From Mustelus asterias (taxonomy: Eukaryota), in assembly GCF_964213995.1 (NCBI RefSeq), contig NC_135814.1, positions 85,374,001 to 85,438,000 of the forward strand: DNA of 64,000 bases. Direction: 5' to 3'. Positions 1-14,394 of the stretch are shown here, in pieces. Both the position numbers and the translations under genes were made by a program. Below the pieces are notes generated by a model that was not told where the DNA came from, did not search any database, and saw only the letters and a program-made list of their open reading frames with translations. Numbering within the stretch: position 1 is the first letter of the stretch; each line of letters opens with the position of its first letter.

Positions 1-354
1 GATCGGGGCCTGGGTGGCGGAGGGGTTGGGAGAATAAGGGGGTCAGTAATGTTGTGGGGGTGGAGCAATGTCTGTGGGGCCGGGGGAGGCATTATCCAGC
101 CCGGGCGCGATGCGGCTGGGGAGCGGCATTCTATCATTTTTTTTCTGCACATGGAGGCGCCGATCGGAGCTGCAGGGTTTCGGGTACATTTAGCCCCGCC
201 CACAGGCTTGTGCAGCACAATTTGGACTCGCTGATATTTGCAGGTAAAATGCGTACGGGGGGGGGGCCTGAGAATGGGTCTAAAAGTCGGATCTGAAACA
301 CTCCCAGTTTCAAGTCCGCCCAGCACTTAGAATCAAAATGGTAAAATAGGACCC
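1..354. mobile_element. Right end of a non-autonomous Harbinger-like DNA element
   Basis: Ends cagcacttagaatcaaaatggtaaaataggaccc, nearly identical to the right end of the TIR-bounded element at 61419-62436. Confidence 0.7.
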
Positions 355-973
355 TTTATGTGGGGACAGAGGAGGCATTGGTGGCCCGATCACCTTTGTG
401 CCTATTGAGGTCCTTAGGTAGTCAATCAATTGACTTCATCCTATCCCACTGGTATTTTACCCGTGGTAGGTACAGGCCCACTCCACGCAGGAAGCCCAGC
501 AGCTTTGGCTGCAGAGGCAAGTGTCAACTAAGGGGAGGGGGGGACCTTCTTTGCGGATCTCCTTGGCCCATTGGAGGCTCCCCTCTCCTGGCCAGTCCTC
601 CTCTTTAATCCTCTCCCAGCCTCTTGAACCCATCCCTCCATCACCCCCTTTGCTGAGACTCCCAACCGCAGATCTCTCTGGGCTCCTCGATGTGGACTAC
701 TGCTTGTAGTCCCAGCAGTGGCCATTGCTCATGGCTGGCGCTGCTGAAATGAGAAAGCTGTCGGCCATCCAACTGGCTGGCAGATCTCTAAAGCAGGTCT
801 CCCTCCCTCCTAAGAAAGCGCCAGAAGTCTCAGTCTTGAAGTGATTTAACACGGCTCACAGCTTTAACTTGCTGTAGGATAGCCGTCGGGACAATGGACA
901 ATTCCCACCATCCCTACCTCTCCCTGAATTTCTAGCCAGGGAACGGGGACCACAGCATCCAGTAAAATCCAGC
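355..973. mobile_element. Degenerate GC-rich non-autonomous DNA element (Harbinger-like end gtaaaatccagcc)
   Basis: Terminal motif resembles the GGGCNGGATTTT TIR family; internal similarity to 4652-5265. Confidence 0.35.
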
Positions 974-3839
974 CAAATGTGTGAAAATCTGAAACTTCTT
1001 GCCCCCTCAGTCGGTGCTGAGGGATTAATTGATTCACGTTCAGTTAGGATATTGAGGAGTATGGAACAAAGGTAAATGGAGTTGAAGTACACAGTCAAGA
1101 TATAATTAAATAGCAGAGCAGGAGCTGAATGACCTACTCCCACGCTTATGTTCCGCTGCTGACAGATACAAGACTAGCTTTTGCTGGAAAACTCTTAAGT
1201 AAAGTCAGTTTGTCTAGTATATACACTGCCTGGCTTGTGACTCTGAGTATTAATCCTCAATAGTGTGATGTGTTTTGAAGCATACCATCATATCCCACAG
1301 GTTCTCTTTTGGAACAGGGAACTTTGTGCAAAGACCAGTGTAATACTGTATAGTGAATGTCATTTTGATGTCACCACAGAGTTACAAAGAGCTGCCTCAA
1401 TTGTCCGACTCTAGTGAACCCAAAAGGAGCTAATCTTGTGGATTTTGGGTGCAAATAGTAAATGACTCAACATGGTCCCCACTTGGACACTCATGTTCCA
1501 TTCTGCCTGTGAAGTATAATCAGTACTTGGTTGCGATACTGGAAGGCATTCGGTTCTTGAAGCGCTGTATTCAGCATTAGTCGGTGCCTCTAGCAATTAG
1601 TAGGCGACAGGGAAAGCAGAGGGTGGTGATGGGGAGGAACTCTGTTTCGTAGTTTATGGCATCCAAATGCTTTGATGTGTTGCAATCCTGTAACATACTC
1701 ACATTTCCTATTGAAGTGACCACATCTCTTAAAATCTGAGTGCTGCGTTTATACAGAGTTTGGTTACATTTTGATATGACATTACAGTAACTTGTATTTC
1801 GTTAACAACCTTCAGTATCAAAAGATGTTGCAAAATGCTGTGCAGAGATGTAATCTTAAAATGGATGCCAAGTCGAAGAGCTCTGTTAACAGCTACATTC
1901 TGAGGTTGTGGATGTTATGCATCAATCTTCCCAGGGCTAGATGTAATTCATTGTCATTTGAATACAGTGTAAATCCTCCCATAATAAGAATTGCCGCACT
2001 TAGTGTAGTCTTTCACCATGTGTGCCAAAGGTTACAAAGCCGAACATTTATTGCAGTTGAACCTTTGAAGTGGTATTCAATCTACCTGCAAAAGTCATTG
2101 ACAAGTGCAAATAATAGGAAATGTCCTCATGCATTTTCCTTTATTCTCTATCAGAACTTTTGTACTTCCTCACATGTTGCTTTTCCTGTGTGGTGCCATT
2201 TGTTAAATTCAGAGCAATAACAGAGGGGCAGGCAAGATGTTGCCGCACATCAAAGGCAGAGTCCACTGGGCTCAGTGGCATTGATTACACTGGTAGCCGA
2301 GGGCTGATTTTCATGCAGATTTTCGAAAACAACTGTGCTGTTCCAGCTTTTAAAATTTGTATCAGGAGATGGAATAACACTTTGTCTGAGGGTTTATGTT
2401 TTATTGATGCGAGGATTCCACTCCTAGCGTTGTCCATTGCATCCTGCTCAAAAGGCATTTGTTTGTGCATACAAAGGTAGGCAGTAAAACCAGGTTTATG
2501 GCCAAAAAGCATAGTCCTTTTCAATACTAACCACTGGGAGTTGAAGGATGAGTGTGTAGCAAGGTGAAGAAATCTATTGAAGCATTACTACCTTCTGATC
2601 AGTAAAATTTTAAATGTTTGCATCAAATATTAAATTGAATGGGTTATTTGATATAAAATAGAGCTCTCTCCCTTCCTCCAGTATTCCACTCTTCTCTCCA
2701 AACGTTTTGATCATCACAGGATTGGAAAGGATGTTTGAATGAAGACAGCTTTTCGACTCACTTTATCTCATCCTTTCACAACTTCAGTCCTGTCCTCGTC
2801 CCATTACAGCATCTAACTCCTTTTAAGTGAGCCCAGTGTACTGGCTTTAAGCAATCTTCATGTCAATCAGTAGAGGCTGTTGATCTTGCTCCGTTCAAAT
2901 AAATATTTCCTCATATTTAACCTAAATTTAACCTTCAGAATCCTGAACTTGTGGCCTGGCACCTATAAAGGTACTCTTTTAGTTTTATGTTCTCCGTCTT
3001 GTGTTGTTCAAAGATGCCCACTGTCAAATATCCCGATTCAATGTTAAAGAGCCCTAACTTATCACGTCATTCCTCATTGCTTTTCTCAGCCTTGTTACTT
3101 CACTGTGCATTGCCCAGAAAGTCTGCATGGCTGTGTTATGTTGGGATAACCAAAATTCTAAGCAGCATTCCAATATGTCCTGAACAGGATAATACACGAG
3201 ATTCACTCCATGGGATTTAAACTCGACTGATTTGTCAATATTGTTCAGCTGTCAAACCCACCATCAGTACCTCAATCACCACTCCCCGTCACTCCTGCTA
3301 CCCCATTACTGTCAACCCTGCCATAACCATTATTTCCCCCTACATCTCCTTTGCGCCACTTGGTCACCACCATTTTCCCTCCACCGCCTTCACTCTGAAA
3401 GCAACATCATTCACCTCGTGGTTGCTGTTCCTCTCATAACTTTCCTCAACACTGATACTACTTCCCCAGCACCACTCATTCCAATCACAGTAAATACCAT
3501 CTACCATCACTGCCTCTGTCCCTTCACCCCTTTCACCCAAAGCCATTACTCCCCAACTCTACTGCTTGGTCTTTGCTTCCTCCATTACTGTCAGTGCAAT
3601 ACGTTTGCTTCTACGTCCTTACGATTCAGAGCTCTTTCTATTCAATACATAGTTATAATCAATTTCAATTAATTCTGCATTGTTTTTTGTTCAAAGCTCA
3701 TTTTTACTAATGCTAAATTTCTCCATTCCTGGCAGCATCCAAATAAATTACCACTATAGCCACCCCAGCGCAATCAGATCCTTCCTCTTAAGGTAGTGAC
3801 TATAACGTTACACTCTAAGGTCCCTTGGTACACCTCTTA

Positions 3840-4260
3840 GTTTCCTATCAATAATTGGGTACTTCTTGCTTTGTTTGCCCACCCCAAATGCATCATCTCA
3901 CCATTCTCAGTAAATGAATTCCATTTGGCACTTTTCTGCCCACCTGACCACCCTATTGATATATTCCTACAGTCTACAGCTTTCTTCAGCACTTTCAAAC
4001 ACACACCCAACTTTTGTATCATCTGAAAATTTCTTCATTATTCCCCCTACTAATGCCAGATCATTTATATGTACAACAAAACGCAAGGTACCTTATTCCG
4101 CGCTCCGCAGAACTGCACTGGAAACAGCCTTCTGATCATATATTATTAATTACCCTTTGCTTCCTGTCACTGTTCCAATTTTGGGCCTAACTTGCCACTT
4201 TCCCTTGAATCCTATGATCTGCTACTTTTCTGACCAGTCTGTCAAATTGGACCTTGTAGA
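3840..4260 (-). mobile_element. Old CR1 LINE reverse transcriptase fragment
   Basis: Degenerate RT-region translation (WNSFTENGEMMHLGWANK, cf. WQMEFNLDKCEVMHFGR). Confidence 0.55.
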
Positions 4261-4651
4261 TTCCGTTAAATGTGCCACATCATTGACCCTCTCTTGTTGC
4301 CTCCTTAGCGTCAAATTTTGTTTGATAACACTCCTGTGAAACCAGCTTGAGATTTTTTACTATGTCTGATGTATTATATAAATGTAAGTTCTTCTTCTTA
4401 TGTGCATGATGGATCCGCCATTTAAAATGGGACAACTAGTCCTAATAACTGATAGAGTAGTTTTTGGGTAAATTAAACTGTTTGAATCATTAAATGGTTG
4501 GTATACTTGGCGTGATGGTTAGTTTAATTATTCCGGGCAGTTAGACTGAGGTTGAAAATAATACTGTTAATTTAAAGATTATCTGCAAAATAGTAAGTGT
4601 TAAGATTGCTTTCACTCTTCCAGTAACTGGTTAGTTTAGTATCTACAATAT

Positions 4652-5265
4652 GGATAGGATTTTAATGGTAGCAAGCGAGAATCAGCGCCCAATGTGCAGC
4701 CAGAAACTCTTGAAATCCCACTGCCATTTAATGCTCACTCAGGCATTGATTGGCAGTGAGTGGGACTTCCAAATGCCCTGAGAAGGAAGTTGCACCTTTG
4801 AGTTGGCCAGGCACAGTGCAGCAGTGGTCAGAAGCGTACTGCAGTGCTCTGACTGGAACCAGTCCCGGCACATTTGAAATGCCAAGTCCCGCGGGCAGGA
4901 GGGTAAGGGACGCCCAGAAGGGAGGGTTGGGTGTGGTGGGGGGCTGGTCCTGGAGCGCCAATGCCCTGAGGGGGAGGAGGGGATCTTGTGAGCCACCCCC
5001 TCCTTTCCGACCAAGGTGGGAAAAGTGTAAATGTCACTTTGCCACTATGCTCGCTCCCGCCAGCCTGAAAATTGAGGCTGGGCAGGATAAGGCCCTTAGG
5101 TGGCCACTTAATAAGTGAATGGACAGGTTGCCCGCCCAAGGCCATGGTGCGTCCAAGTGTGAAATTGCATCTGGGTTGGGCGGGCAGGTTTCCGGCGGAA
5201 TTGCCATCCATTTAATTTTACTCTCACCCACCTGCCCACCTTATGGGGAGCATTAAGTTCAGCTC
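4652..5265. mobile_element. Degenerate non-autonomous DNA element (Harbinger-like)
   Basis: GC-rich island starting ggataggattttaa, ending taagttcagctc; shares ggcccttaggtggcca-type motifs with 355-973. Confidence 0.35.
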
Positions 5266-5336
5266 TATCTTACTCTTATCTAGTTACTTGTTCATCTGTC
5301 ACCCAACACATTTTCATAATTGTAAAAACCTAAAAT

Positions 5337-6630
5337 GAATTTGATTTGATTTATTATTGTCACATGTATTAACATACAGTGAAAAGTTTGTTTCGTGCAC
5401 GCTATACAGACAAAACATACCATTCATAGAGAAGGAAATGAGAGAGTGCAGAATGTAGTATTACAGTCATAGCTAGGGTGTAGAGAAAGATCAACTTATT
5501 GCAAGGTAAGTCCATTCAAAAGTCTGACAGCAGCAGGGAAGAAGCTGTTCTTGAGTCGTTTGGTACATGACCTCAGACTTTTGTATTTTTTTCCCGAAGG
5601 AAGAAAGTGGAAGAGAGAATGTCCGGAGTGCGTGGGGTCCTTAATTATGCTGGCTGCTTGCCGAGGCAGTGGGAAGTGTAGACAGAGTCAATGGATGTGA
5701 GGCTGGTTTGCGTGATGGATTGGGTTACATTCACGATCCTTTGTAGTTCCTTGCGGTCTTGGGCAGAGCAGGAGCCATACCAAGCTGTGATACAACCAGA
5801 AAGAATGCTTTCTATGGGGCATCTGCAAAAGTTGGTGAGAGTTGTAGCTGACATGCCAAATTTTCTTAGTCTTCTGAGAAAGTGGAGGCGTTGGTGGGCT
5901 TCCTTAACTATATTGTTGGCATGGGGGGACCAGGACAGGTTGTTGGTGATCTGAACACCTAAAAGCATGAAGCTCTCGACCCTTTCTACTTTGTCCCTGT
6001 TGATGTAGACAGGGGCATGTTCTCCTTTACAATTCCTGAAGTCGATGACGATCTCCTTCATTTTGTTGACATTGAAGGAGAGATTATTGTTGCCGCACCA
6101 GTTCACCAGATTCTCCATCTCATTCCTGTACTCTGTCTCGTCATTGTTTGAGATCTGACCCACTACGGTGGTGTCGTCAGCAAACTTGAAAATCGAATTG
6201 GAGGGAAATTTGACCGCACAGTCATAGGGTGTAAGGAGTATAGTAGGGGGCTGAGAACACAGCTTTGTGGAGCACCGATGTTCAGGATGATCATGGAGGA
6301 GGTGTTATTGCCTATCCTTACTGATTGTGGTCTGTGAGTTAGGAAGTTCAGGATCCAGTCGCAGAGGGAGGTGCCGAGGCTCAGGCCATGGAGTTTGGAG
6401 ATGTGTTTCGTAGGAATAATAGTGTTGAAGGCTGAACTGTAGTCAATAAATAGGAGTCTGATATAGGTGTCCTTGTTATCTAGGTGTTCCAGGGTTGAGT
6501 GCAGGGCCAGGGAAATGGCGTCTGCTGTGGACCTGTTGTGGCAGTAGGCAGACTAGTGGATCCAGGTAGTCCGGGAGGCTGGAATCGATTCGTGCCATGA
6601 CTAACCTTTCGAAGCATTTCATAATGATGG
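5337..6630 (-). mobile_element. Rex1/Babar-clade LINE, 5'-truncated
   Basis: RT motif FADDTTVVG plus C-terminal AHQRLHFLRRLRKFGMS...ESILSGCITAWYG (ORF 5645-6163); 3' end acatgtgacaataataaatcaaatcaaa. Confidence 0.85.
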
Positions 6631-7681
6631 AATAATGAATGCTGTTGTTATGAAGCTCTCTCTCCCAACTTAGAGAAAAGTTTTAGAGAAAGAGAAAAAT
6701 TCATTATCCTGGTCTCACTATCAGAAACATTCTCCAGATGCCGGAATTAATGGTGGTACAGTTAAGACTGCCAGGAGTTCAGACTTACCTATGAGAGTAA
6801 CTCCAAATGCAAGTTGAAGGATTCAGAGCGGGAGTGCAATCTTAGAGCCTACTCCTCTGTATCTACCTGGAATAAGAAGTTAAAAACAATGCAAAAACAT
6901 ATTAACCCTTTGCTTGGTCCACTCATCCACTGACTCTCACACTCAGGACTCCCACATCAATAACAGTGACTTTGTCGAGGGACCAGTTATTGCTATCTGT
7001 GGAATGATATCCAAGAAATTCTGAGAGGTGGAGTTACATTTTTTTACCATTAGGATACACTTGCTTTGGCAGAAACAATGGAAGAAGGTAATATAGAACA
7101 AGAGGTACTATAACAATTCGCCAATTCTGCTAATTTGACATGCAATAATACATTGAGACTAGATTACAACAGTAGTTCAGAACCATGTAATCAGCAAAGA
7201 TATGTGTATGTAGACTGATAAGTGCCAGTAACTTATAAGAAGCTTTCAAGTTTAATCAGGAAGTCGCTTCCCTAAGGGTCATCAAACTAATAAAATGTAG
7301 CAAGTCATAATAGATTTCCCATCACATACTCCAATCACAAGCTATAAATTTTTTCATTATGAAGAGAGCACAGTAATGGAGTGTGATGATGAACCAATAT
7401 GATAGCTATTCACCAAAAACATGCTGAATGAAACTGCCGATTCAATTCACAAAGGTAGTTTGTAGCTGAGCTATCCAGACAAGGAATTAGCAGACAAAAA
7501 TCCCAATCTCATCCAGGAGGCAGCAGAGATGCAGCAGTTGACATCAGTGTCTTGCACTAAGAAGGAGAAGAATCCAGGGGTGATCTAGTTTATTTCCATT
7601 ATTAGTGATCCCTGTTAGAAAGTATATATGCACGTTTGGGATAGAAATGTGTGTTTGTAGGTGATGCCATTGAATATAATC

Positions 7682-7980
7682 CTAGAATCCATACAGTGCA
7701 GAAGGAGGCCATTCAGCCCATCAAACATGCACTAGCAACAATCCTACAAGGCCCTATTCCCGTAACCCCTTGTATTTACCCTGCTAATCCCCCGACACTA
7801 AGGGGCAATTTTGCATGGCCAATCAATCTAAACCGCACATCTTTGGAGTATAGGAGGAAACCAGAGCACCCGGAGGAAACCCACGCAGACACGGGGAGAA
7901 CATGCGAACTCCACACAAGGCCGGATTTGAACCCGGGTCCCTGGCGCTGTGAGACAGCAGTGCTGACCACCATGCCACCC
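7682..7980 (-). mobile_element. HE1-like tRNA-derived V-SINE, CR1-type tail
   Basis: tRNA head (GTGGTCAGCAC...GGGTTCAAATCC), V domain gggtttcctccgggtgctc, tail gaatggcctccttctgcactgta. Confidence 0.9.
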
Positions 7981-9554
7981 TTAAATGTCATCTGTAGGTG
8001 AATAGATTACTAGTACGCACTGTACAAAATAGTGACTTAGATGAAGAATTAATTAACACACTTGGCACTGTACCTTAGCAGGTAACACATCATTAAGGAG
8101 TGCAAAGTGGAAAATTTGCAGTAATGGATAAAATAAACCACGTACCCATATTCAGCAAAATACTGACTGAGATGTCAAGTCTCAAATCATATTGGGTTCT
8201 GTATGCTGAAGGCAAATATTAAGAGCAGATACATTAGGCCAGATTTTCGTCTCCCAAAGGAGGTGCGAATCAGGTCATGAAATACAAAACTTCATTTTCT
8301 TTGCAGGAAAAACAATTTTCATCTGTCTTCCTGACCTCATACCATTTTTTGTCTGGCCTTTTGGCGGGTCAGGAAGGCCTTGGGTGCAAGGGTTTCAGGA
8401 TCCCCACTATGAGGAGCACAGGAAAATTGCATTCCCTTCCACACACTATTTTTGTGTACTGGTGTGGGTTTTGTAAGTCCAACACAAAGGCATCTTTTTG
8501 GAGAATTTGCGACCACTGGAGGAAGCCTGACTGGGATAATTTTGAAAGGTAAGTGTAGAATGTTTTGGCTCCTTCAGATGTGTCACTATTAGGTGCTATG
8601 TTGTAATGTAGATGTATTTTTAATGCTATGATTCATCAAAGAGATTTGTCCTGCAAGGTATTGATCAGCATCATTTTAATTGCTGTCATGTTTTCAGGAC
8701 TTTTCCAATGGTCAAAGTGCCATAATGCATTAACAATGTAAAACAAAATGCTCTGTTAGCCTCTGCTATCATATTTTGTACAGTGATTTAAATCCACTGA
8801 CCACTCTGGCTGTTTAAAAAAAACACCTGCTTTTGAAAGTTGAAAAAATCTCTGCACCTGCTCCCCTCCATTGATTGAAATTCTTTGAAATGGAAATGGG
8901 ACATCATTCTAATTTGGAAGGCACAGTAGTTGGAAGCCTTTGTTATGACAGCTGTAGCCATTAGGAATGCTTGCCTGCATTTCCAAAGCTGTTCATGGGT
9001 TCAGCTCAGCAGGTGGTCTGTTGATCCAAGAATAGTTGAAGTTTTTAAGAGGTTGTAATAACAGAATTTCCTCTGACGTGATTTCTTGTTTGTTTAAGAC
9101 CTTTCCTGTGCTGGAATCCAGTATCAATGATGGTGTATTTGAATTTAGGATTTTATTTATTAGATTATTAGAGATTTAATTTTCCCAATGATTTTAAAAT
9201 AATTTGTATTGCTATTGCATGGTTCCTGAAGATTGCTCAATGTGCACATTGAGTGAGTGGCTATAGAGGAATCATATTGGCATGGATGATCTAAGGGAGC
9301 ATGAGGTGGCAAGGTGCATTGGTAGGGGTGCGAGTGTGAGGTGTAGATGGTCTTTAAATGGTGTTGGGCGCTAGCCTGCTGTGCTAGAAAACTGGAGTGG
9401 GCCTTTTGACCAGGCCACCTCCACACCCACATTTGTCAATCACTCCATCACGGCTCACAAAATGTATTATGAACCAAAATCTTGTGTAAAAAGACAAAAA
9501 TCACGGACAAAGTCACACATGGGTTGGGTATGCATTTCAGAAGGTGCAAAAGGT

Positions 9555-11995
9555 GACCATAATTCTATCAGTTTTAAGATAACTGTGGAGAATGATCGGT
9601 CTGGCCCAAAAGTTAAAATTCTAAATTGAGGCAAGGCCAATTTTGATGGTATCAGGCAGGAACTTTCAAAAGTTAATTGGGGGAGTCTGTGGGAAGGCAA
9701 AGGGATGTCTGGTAAGTGGCAGGCTTTCAAAAGTGTGTTAACCAGGGTTCAGGGTAAACACATTCCTCTTAGAGTGAAGGACAAGGCTGGTAGATATAGG
9801 GATGTCTTGGGATATTGAGGCCCTGGTCAAGAAGAAGAAAGAGGCACATGACATGCATAGGCAGCTGGGATCAAGTGAATCCCTTGAAGAGTATGGGGGT
9901 GTAGGAGTAGAGTTAAGAGAGAAATCAGGAAGGCAAAAAGGGGACACAAAATCGTTTTGGCAGATAAAGCAAAGGAGAATCCAAAGAGCTTCTACAAATA
10001 CATAAAGGGCAAAAGAGTAACAAGGGAGAGAGTCGGGCCTCTTAAGGATCAACAAGGTTTTCTGTGTGCAGATCCATAAGAGATGGGTGAGATGCTAAAT
10101 GAATATTTCTCATCGGTATTTACTATTGAGAAAAGCATGGATGTTAGGGAACTTGGGGAAATAAATAGTGATGTCTTGAGGAGTGTACATATTACAGAGA
10201 AGGAGGTGTTGAAAGTCTTAAAGCGCATCAAGGTAGATAAATCCCCGGGACCTGATGACGTGTATCCCAGGACATTGTGGGAGGCTAGGGAGGAAATTGC
10301 GGGTCCCCTAGCCGAGATATTTGAATCATCGATTGTCACAGGTGAGGTGCCTGAAGATTGGAGAGTGGCAAATATTATGGCTTTGATTAAAAAGGGCTGC
10401 AGGGAAAAGCCTGGGAACTACAGGCCAGTGAGCCTCACATCTGTGGTGGGTAGGTTGTTGGAAGGTATTTTGAGAGACAGGATCTACAGGCATTTAGAGA
10501 TGCAAGGACTGATTAGGGACAGTCAGCATGGCTTTGTGAGTGGAAAATCATGTCTCACAAATTTGATTGAATTTTTTGAAGGGGTAACCAAGAAGGTAAA
10601 TGAGGGCAGTGGAGTTGATGTTGTCTACATGGACTTTAGCAAGGCCTTTGACAAGGTACCGCATGGTAGCTTGTTGCATAAGGTTAAATCTCACGGGATC
10701 CAGGGTGAGGTATCTAAATGGATACAAAATTGGCTTCTTGACAGAAGCCAGAGGGTGGTTGTAGAGGGTTGTTTTTCAAACTGGAGGCCTGTGACCAGCG
10801 GTGTGCCTCAGGGATCAGTGCTGGATCCACTGTTATTTGTCATTTATATTAATGATTTGGATGAGAATATAGGAGGCATGGTTAGTAAGTTTGCAGATGA
10901 CACTAAGATTGGTGGCATAGTGGACAGTGAAGAAAGTTATCTCCAATTGCAATGGGATCTTGATCAATTGGGCCAGTGGGCTGACGAATGGCAGATGGAG
11001 TTTAATTTAGACAAATGCGAGGTAATGCATTTTGGTAGATTGAACCAGGGCAGAACTTACTCAGTTAATGGTAGGGCTTTGGGGAGAGTTACAGAACAAA
11101 GAGATCTAGGGGTACATGTTCATAGCTCCTTGAAAGTGGAGTCACAGGTGGACAGAGTGGTGAAGAAGGCATTCGGCATGCTTGGTTTCATCGGTCAGAA
11201 CATTGAATACAGGAGTTGGGACATCTTGTTGAAGTTGTACAAGAAATTGGTAAGGCCACACTTGGAATACTGTGTGCCGTTCTGGTCACCCTGTTATAGA
11301 AAGGATGTTATTAAACTAGAAAGAGTGCAGAAAAGAATTACTAGGATGCGACCGGGACTTGATGGTTTGAGTTATAAGGAGAGGCTGGATAGAAACCCTA
11401 CAGTACAGAAAGAGGCCATTCAGCCCATCGAGTCTGCACCAACCACAATCCCACCCAGGCCCTACCCCCATATCCCTACATATTTTACCTGCTAATCCCT
11501 CTAACCTACGCATCCCAGGACACTAAGGGGCAATTTTTAGCATGGCCAATCAACCTCACCCGCACATCTTTGGTCTGGGACCAAACTGGGACTTTTTTCT
11601 CTGGAGCGTAAGAGGCTGAAGAGTGACCTTATAGAGGTCTATAAATTAATGAGGGGCATAGATCAGCTAGATAGTCAATATCTTTTCCCAAAGGTAGTGG
11701 AGTTTAAAACTAGAGGGCATAGGTTTAAGGTGGGAGGGAAGAAAGTGTCCAGAGGGGCAATTTTTTCACACACAGGATGGTGAGTGTCTGGAACAAGCCG
11801 CCAGAGGTAGTAGTAGAGGTGGGTACAATTTTGTCTTTTAAAAAACATTTAGAGAGTTACATGGATAAGATGGGTATAGTGGGATATGGGCCAAATGCAG
11901 GCAATTGGGATTAGCTTAAGGCTTTAAAAAATAGAGTGGCATGGACAAGTTGGGCCGAAGGGCCTGTTTCCACGCTATAAACCTCTATGACTCTA
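9555..11995 (+). mobile_element. CR1 (HER1-like) LINE, 5'-truncated, RT ORF 10083-11390 interrupted by a SINE
   Basis: KSPGPD, NYRPVSLTS, QHGFVSGKSC, DFSKAFDKV, GVPQGSVL and KFADD motifs; 3' end gggccgaagggcctgtttcc...ctctatgactcta. Confidence 0.95.
11389..11573 (-). mobile_element. 3' part of HE1-like SINE inserted in the CR1 RT
   Basis: CR1 sequence gaggctggatag|actgggactttttt is split by this SINE tail. Confidence 0.9.
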
Positions 11996-12120
11996 AGGTG
12001 AAGGTCAGGTTTACCCAAGCCCACACAAAAATCCAGGGCCTGGTTTCCTTTAATCAGTGAACAGATTTTCATTAAAGTTTCATCCATTGAAGCTGCTGTG
12101 AGACAGTTAAGAAGGAGAAG

Positions 12121-12454
12121 GGTGGCATGGTAGCACAGTGGTTAGCACTGCTGCTTCACAGCTCCAGGGACCTGGGTTCGATTCCCGGCTTGGGTCACTG
12201 TCTGTGTGGAGTTTGCACATTCTCCTCGTGTCTGCGTGGGTTTCCTCCGGGTGCTCCGGTTTCCTCCCACAGTCCAAAGATGTGCGGGTTAGGTTGATTG
12301 GCCATGCTAAAAATTGCCCTTAGTGTCCTGAGATGCGTAGGTTAGAGGGATTAGTGGGTAAATATGTAGGGATCTGGGGATAGGGCCTGGGTGGGATTGT
12401 GGTCGATGGGCTGAATGGCCTCTTTCTGTACTGGAGGGTTTCTATGATTCTATG
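12121..12454 (+). mobile_element. HE1-like V-SINE, CR1-type tail, full length
   Basis: A/B boxes (TAGCACAGTGG; GGTTCGATTCC), V domain, tail ending tttctatgattcta. Confidence 0.92.
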
Positions 12455-14394
12455 AGAATAACTTCCTTGCTGCATCATCAGCTGCATGAGCAATTCACAT
12501 CCATTTACAGTAACACAAATACATTAGTGAGAATAGGCATCAGCAAGAAAGCAGTAATTATTAAAATATATTGCTGCAATGTCAACCATTTATTATATCA
12601 TATAAGCACAGACTTGCAACTATGTGATCAGTGACTCCAGTGTGTTTGTAACTTGATAGCTTGTTTAGGAGCAAAATATTTATGGTCTTGTTTTAATATG
12701 GATTCAAAGATGGATTACTGACAGGAATCTGCACACTCCACATTTGAACAAAGTGGAAATGCACTAATGATGAATTAAGATTGAGTAATTAGCTATAACT
12801 AAAATAGCAACAAAAAGCACACTTAGATTTGGTAAAATAGATAGTAAAATTCAACTAGAATTGTAGCCTAGAATATAATCCACACAGGTGATGATTACAG
12901 TACTCAGTCCCTTCAGCGATCATAGATATACGAGGTAGACTTAAATGAAGATGAGAACCAAATCAAAGAAGGTTACGTTGGGTTGATTAGATATTTGAAT
13001 ATTATTTGGTCCATTTCATGGTTTAGGCACACTTACTTGGCCTTTCTTTTGTGTGGGTGTGTGTGGTGGGAGGGCGGCGGGGGAGGTCGGTTGGTGAGTC
13101 GGTCGGATTACATAAGCCTGATGCATGTACACAGTTGCAAACCATAACTTAGAATCAGCAGCTTGCTCTTGTGTTGACTCAGTGCATAAATTCCACTTGT
13201 CTTGTGCAGAATCCCTAATGTGTGAGGAGGTGGCTAATCTCACACTTTGAAACTCCCATATTATCTCAAGTATCCTAATTCACAATCCATCTAATAAAAA
13301 GTAACCATGATGTCATTGAATCTAATACCTTTGAGATGATTATGTAACACACCATCCTTATTGACCTTATGTAAATATAAGTGATTCCTAATGTTGCAGG
13401 ACCTGACCAAACATTTTGATAGAGGCATGATGCTTCTTGCAAATAAAAGAATCTCCTCTGTTTATTTGGGGCCTGTTGATTTAACAGGTTCTTGCGTGTC
13501 TTTTTAAGTAAGGAAGTGAAATGAATCAAACTTGCATATGTCTCCAGTCATTATGCTGGTATTTTTTTCTTTGCGTCAGGCTCAAATTTCTTCATCTACT
13601 GTGTGTGTCTAAATGAAAACATTTCAGTGAAGTCAGATCGGCCAACATACAACCCTACTGCGGTTAGCAATGCACAAAGGCTTTGCTGAAAACCATTTTT
13701 TCATCCACTAAACTGCAGGTTGTTACATCCACAGCATGCATCAGCAGTACACAAATTCCCAATTGTGAATGTATGTTTCCAAATGTCTTCTGCACCATTG
13801 ACATCTCATTATGATGTTAATGAGCAAAGCACTTCAACATGCTTGCAATTACCACAAAATGCACAAACAATGAAAAGGCCTTTGGCCTCCAAACTGATTA
13901 GCTAATTGCACTGAGTGAGATTGACAGTCACCGAAATGAAAGTGGTTCCCACTTCCACCCAAGATCTATGCTGTTACTTACTCTCACATATTGCTATACT
14001 GCTGACAGCGCAATTGGCCTAAGTGTCTCTAGTTCAGACACCTGGGTTCTGAACACCATCCAGTAACCCCTTCTGACAGTAGCTAAGTGGGGACTTTGTT
14101 TGGTTCTTATACCAGGAAATTACCTTAAATGGCACAAAAATGGAGTTGAATTCTTCTAAATGCTTCTGTCTGAATTTCTGCCCATGGACAACTGCACCTC
14201 AGGTTGAGTTGTAGCACACACTTGAGACAGTGTTTGAATTGTCTCCTGGTAATCACTGTAAGCTCCTCAGTTGCAAAATAAAAGCCTAAGATCCGCAATT
14301 TTTAGGAAAGGTTTGACTTCACTTTTCTGCTGCTCTGATGTTAATGAAAACACAATCCATGGTGCCCAAGAGAAATGCTTCTTGCTACCTCGCA

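Noticed and set aside
10083-11495. 470-aa ORF as a host gene or active retroelement
   Set aside because: It is a CR1 RT fragment; its last ~35 aa come from an inserted antisense SINE, and the upstream ORF2 is broken.
12121-12195. tRNA genes
   Set aside because: These are tRNA-like SINE heads fused to V domains and LINE tails, with no convincing cloverleaf.
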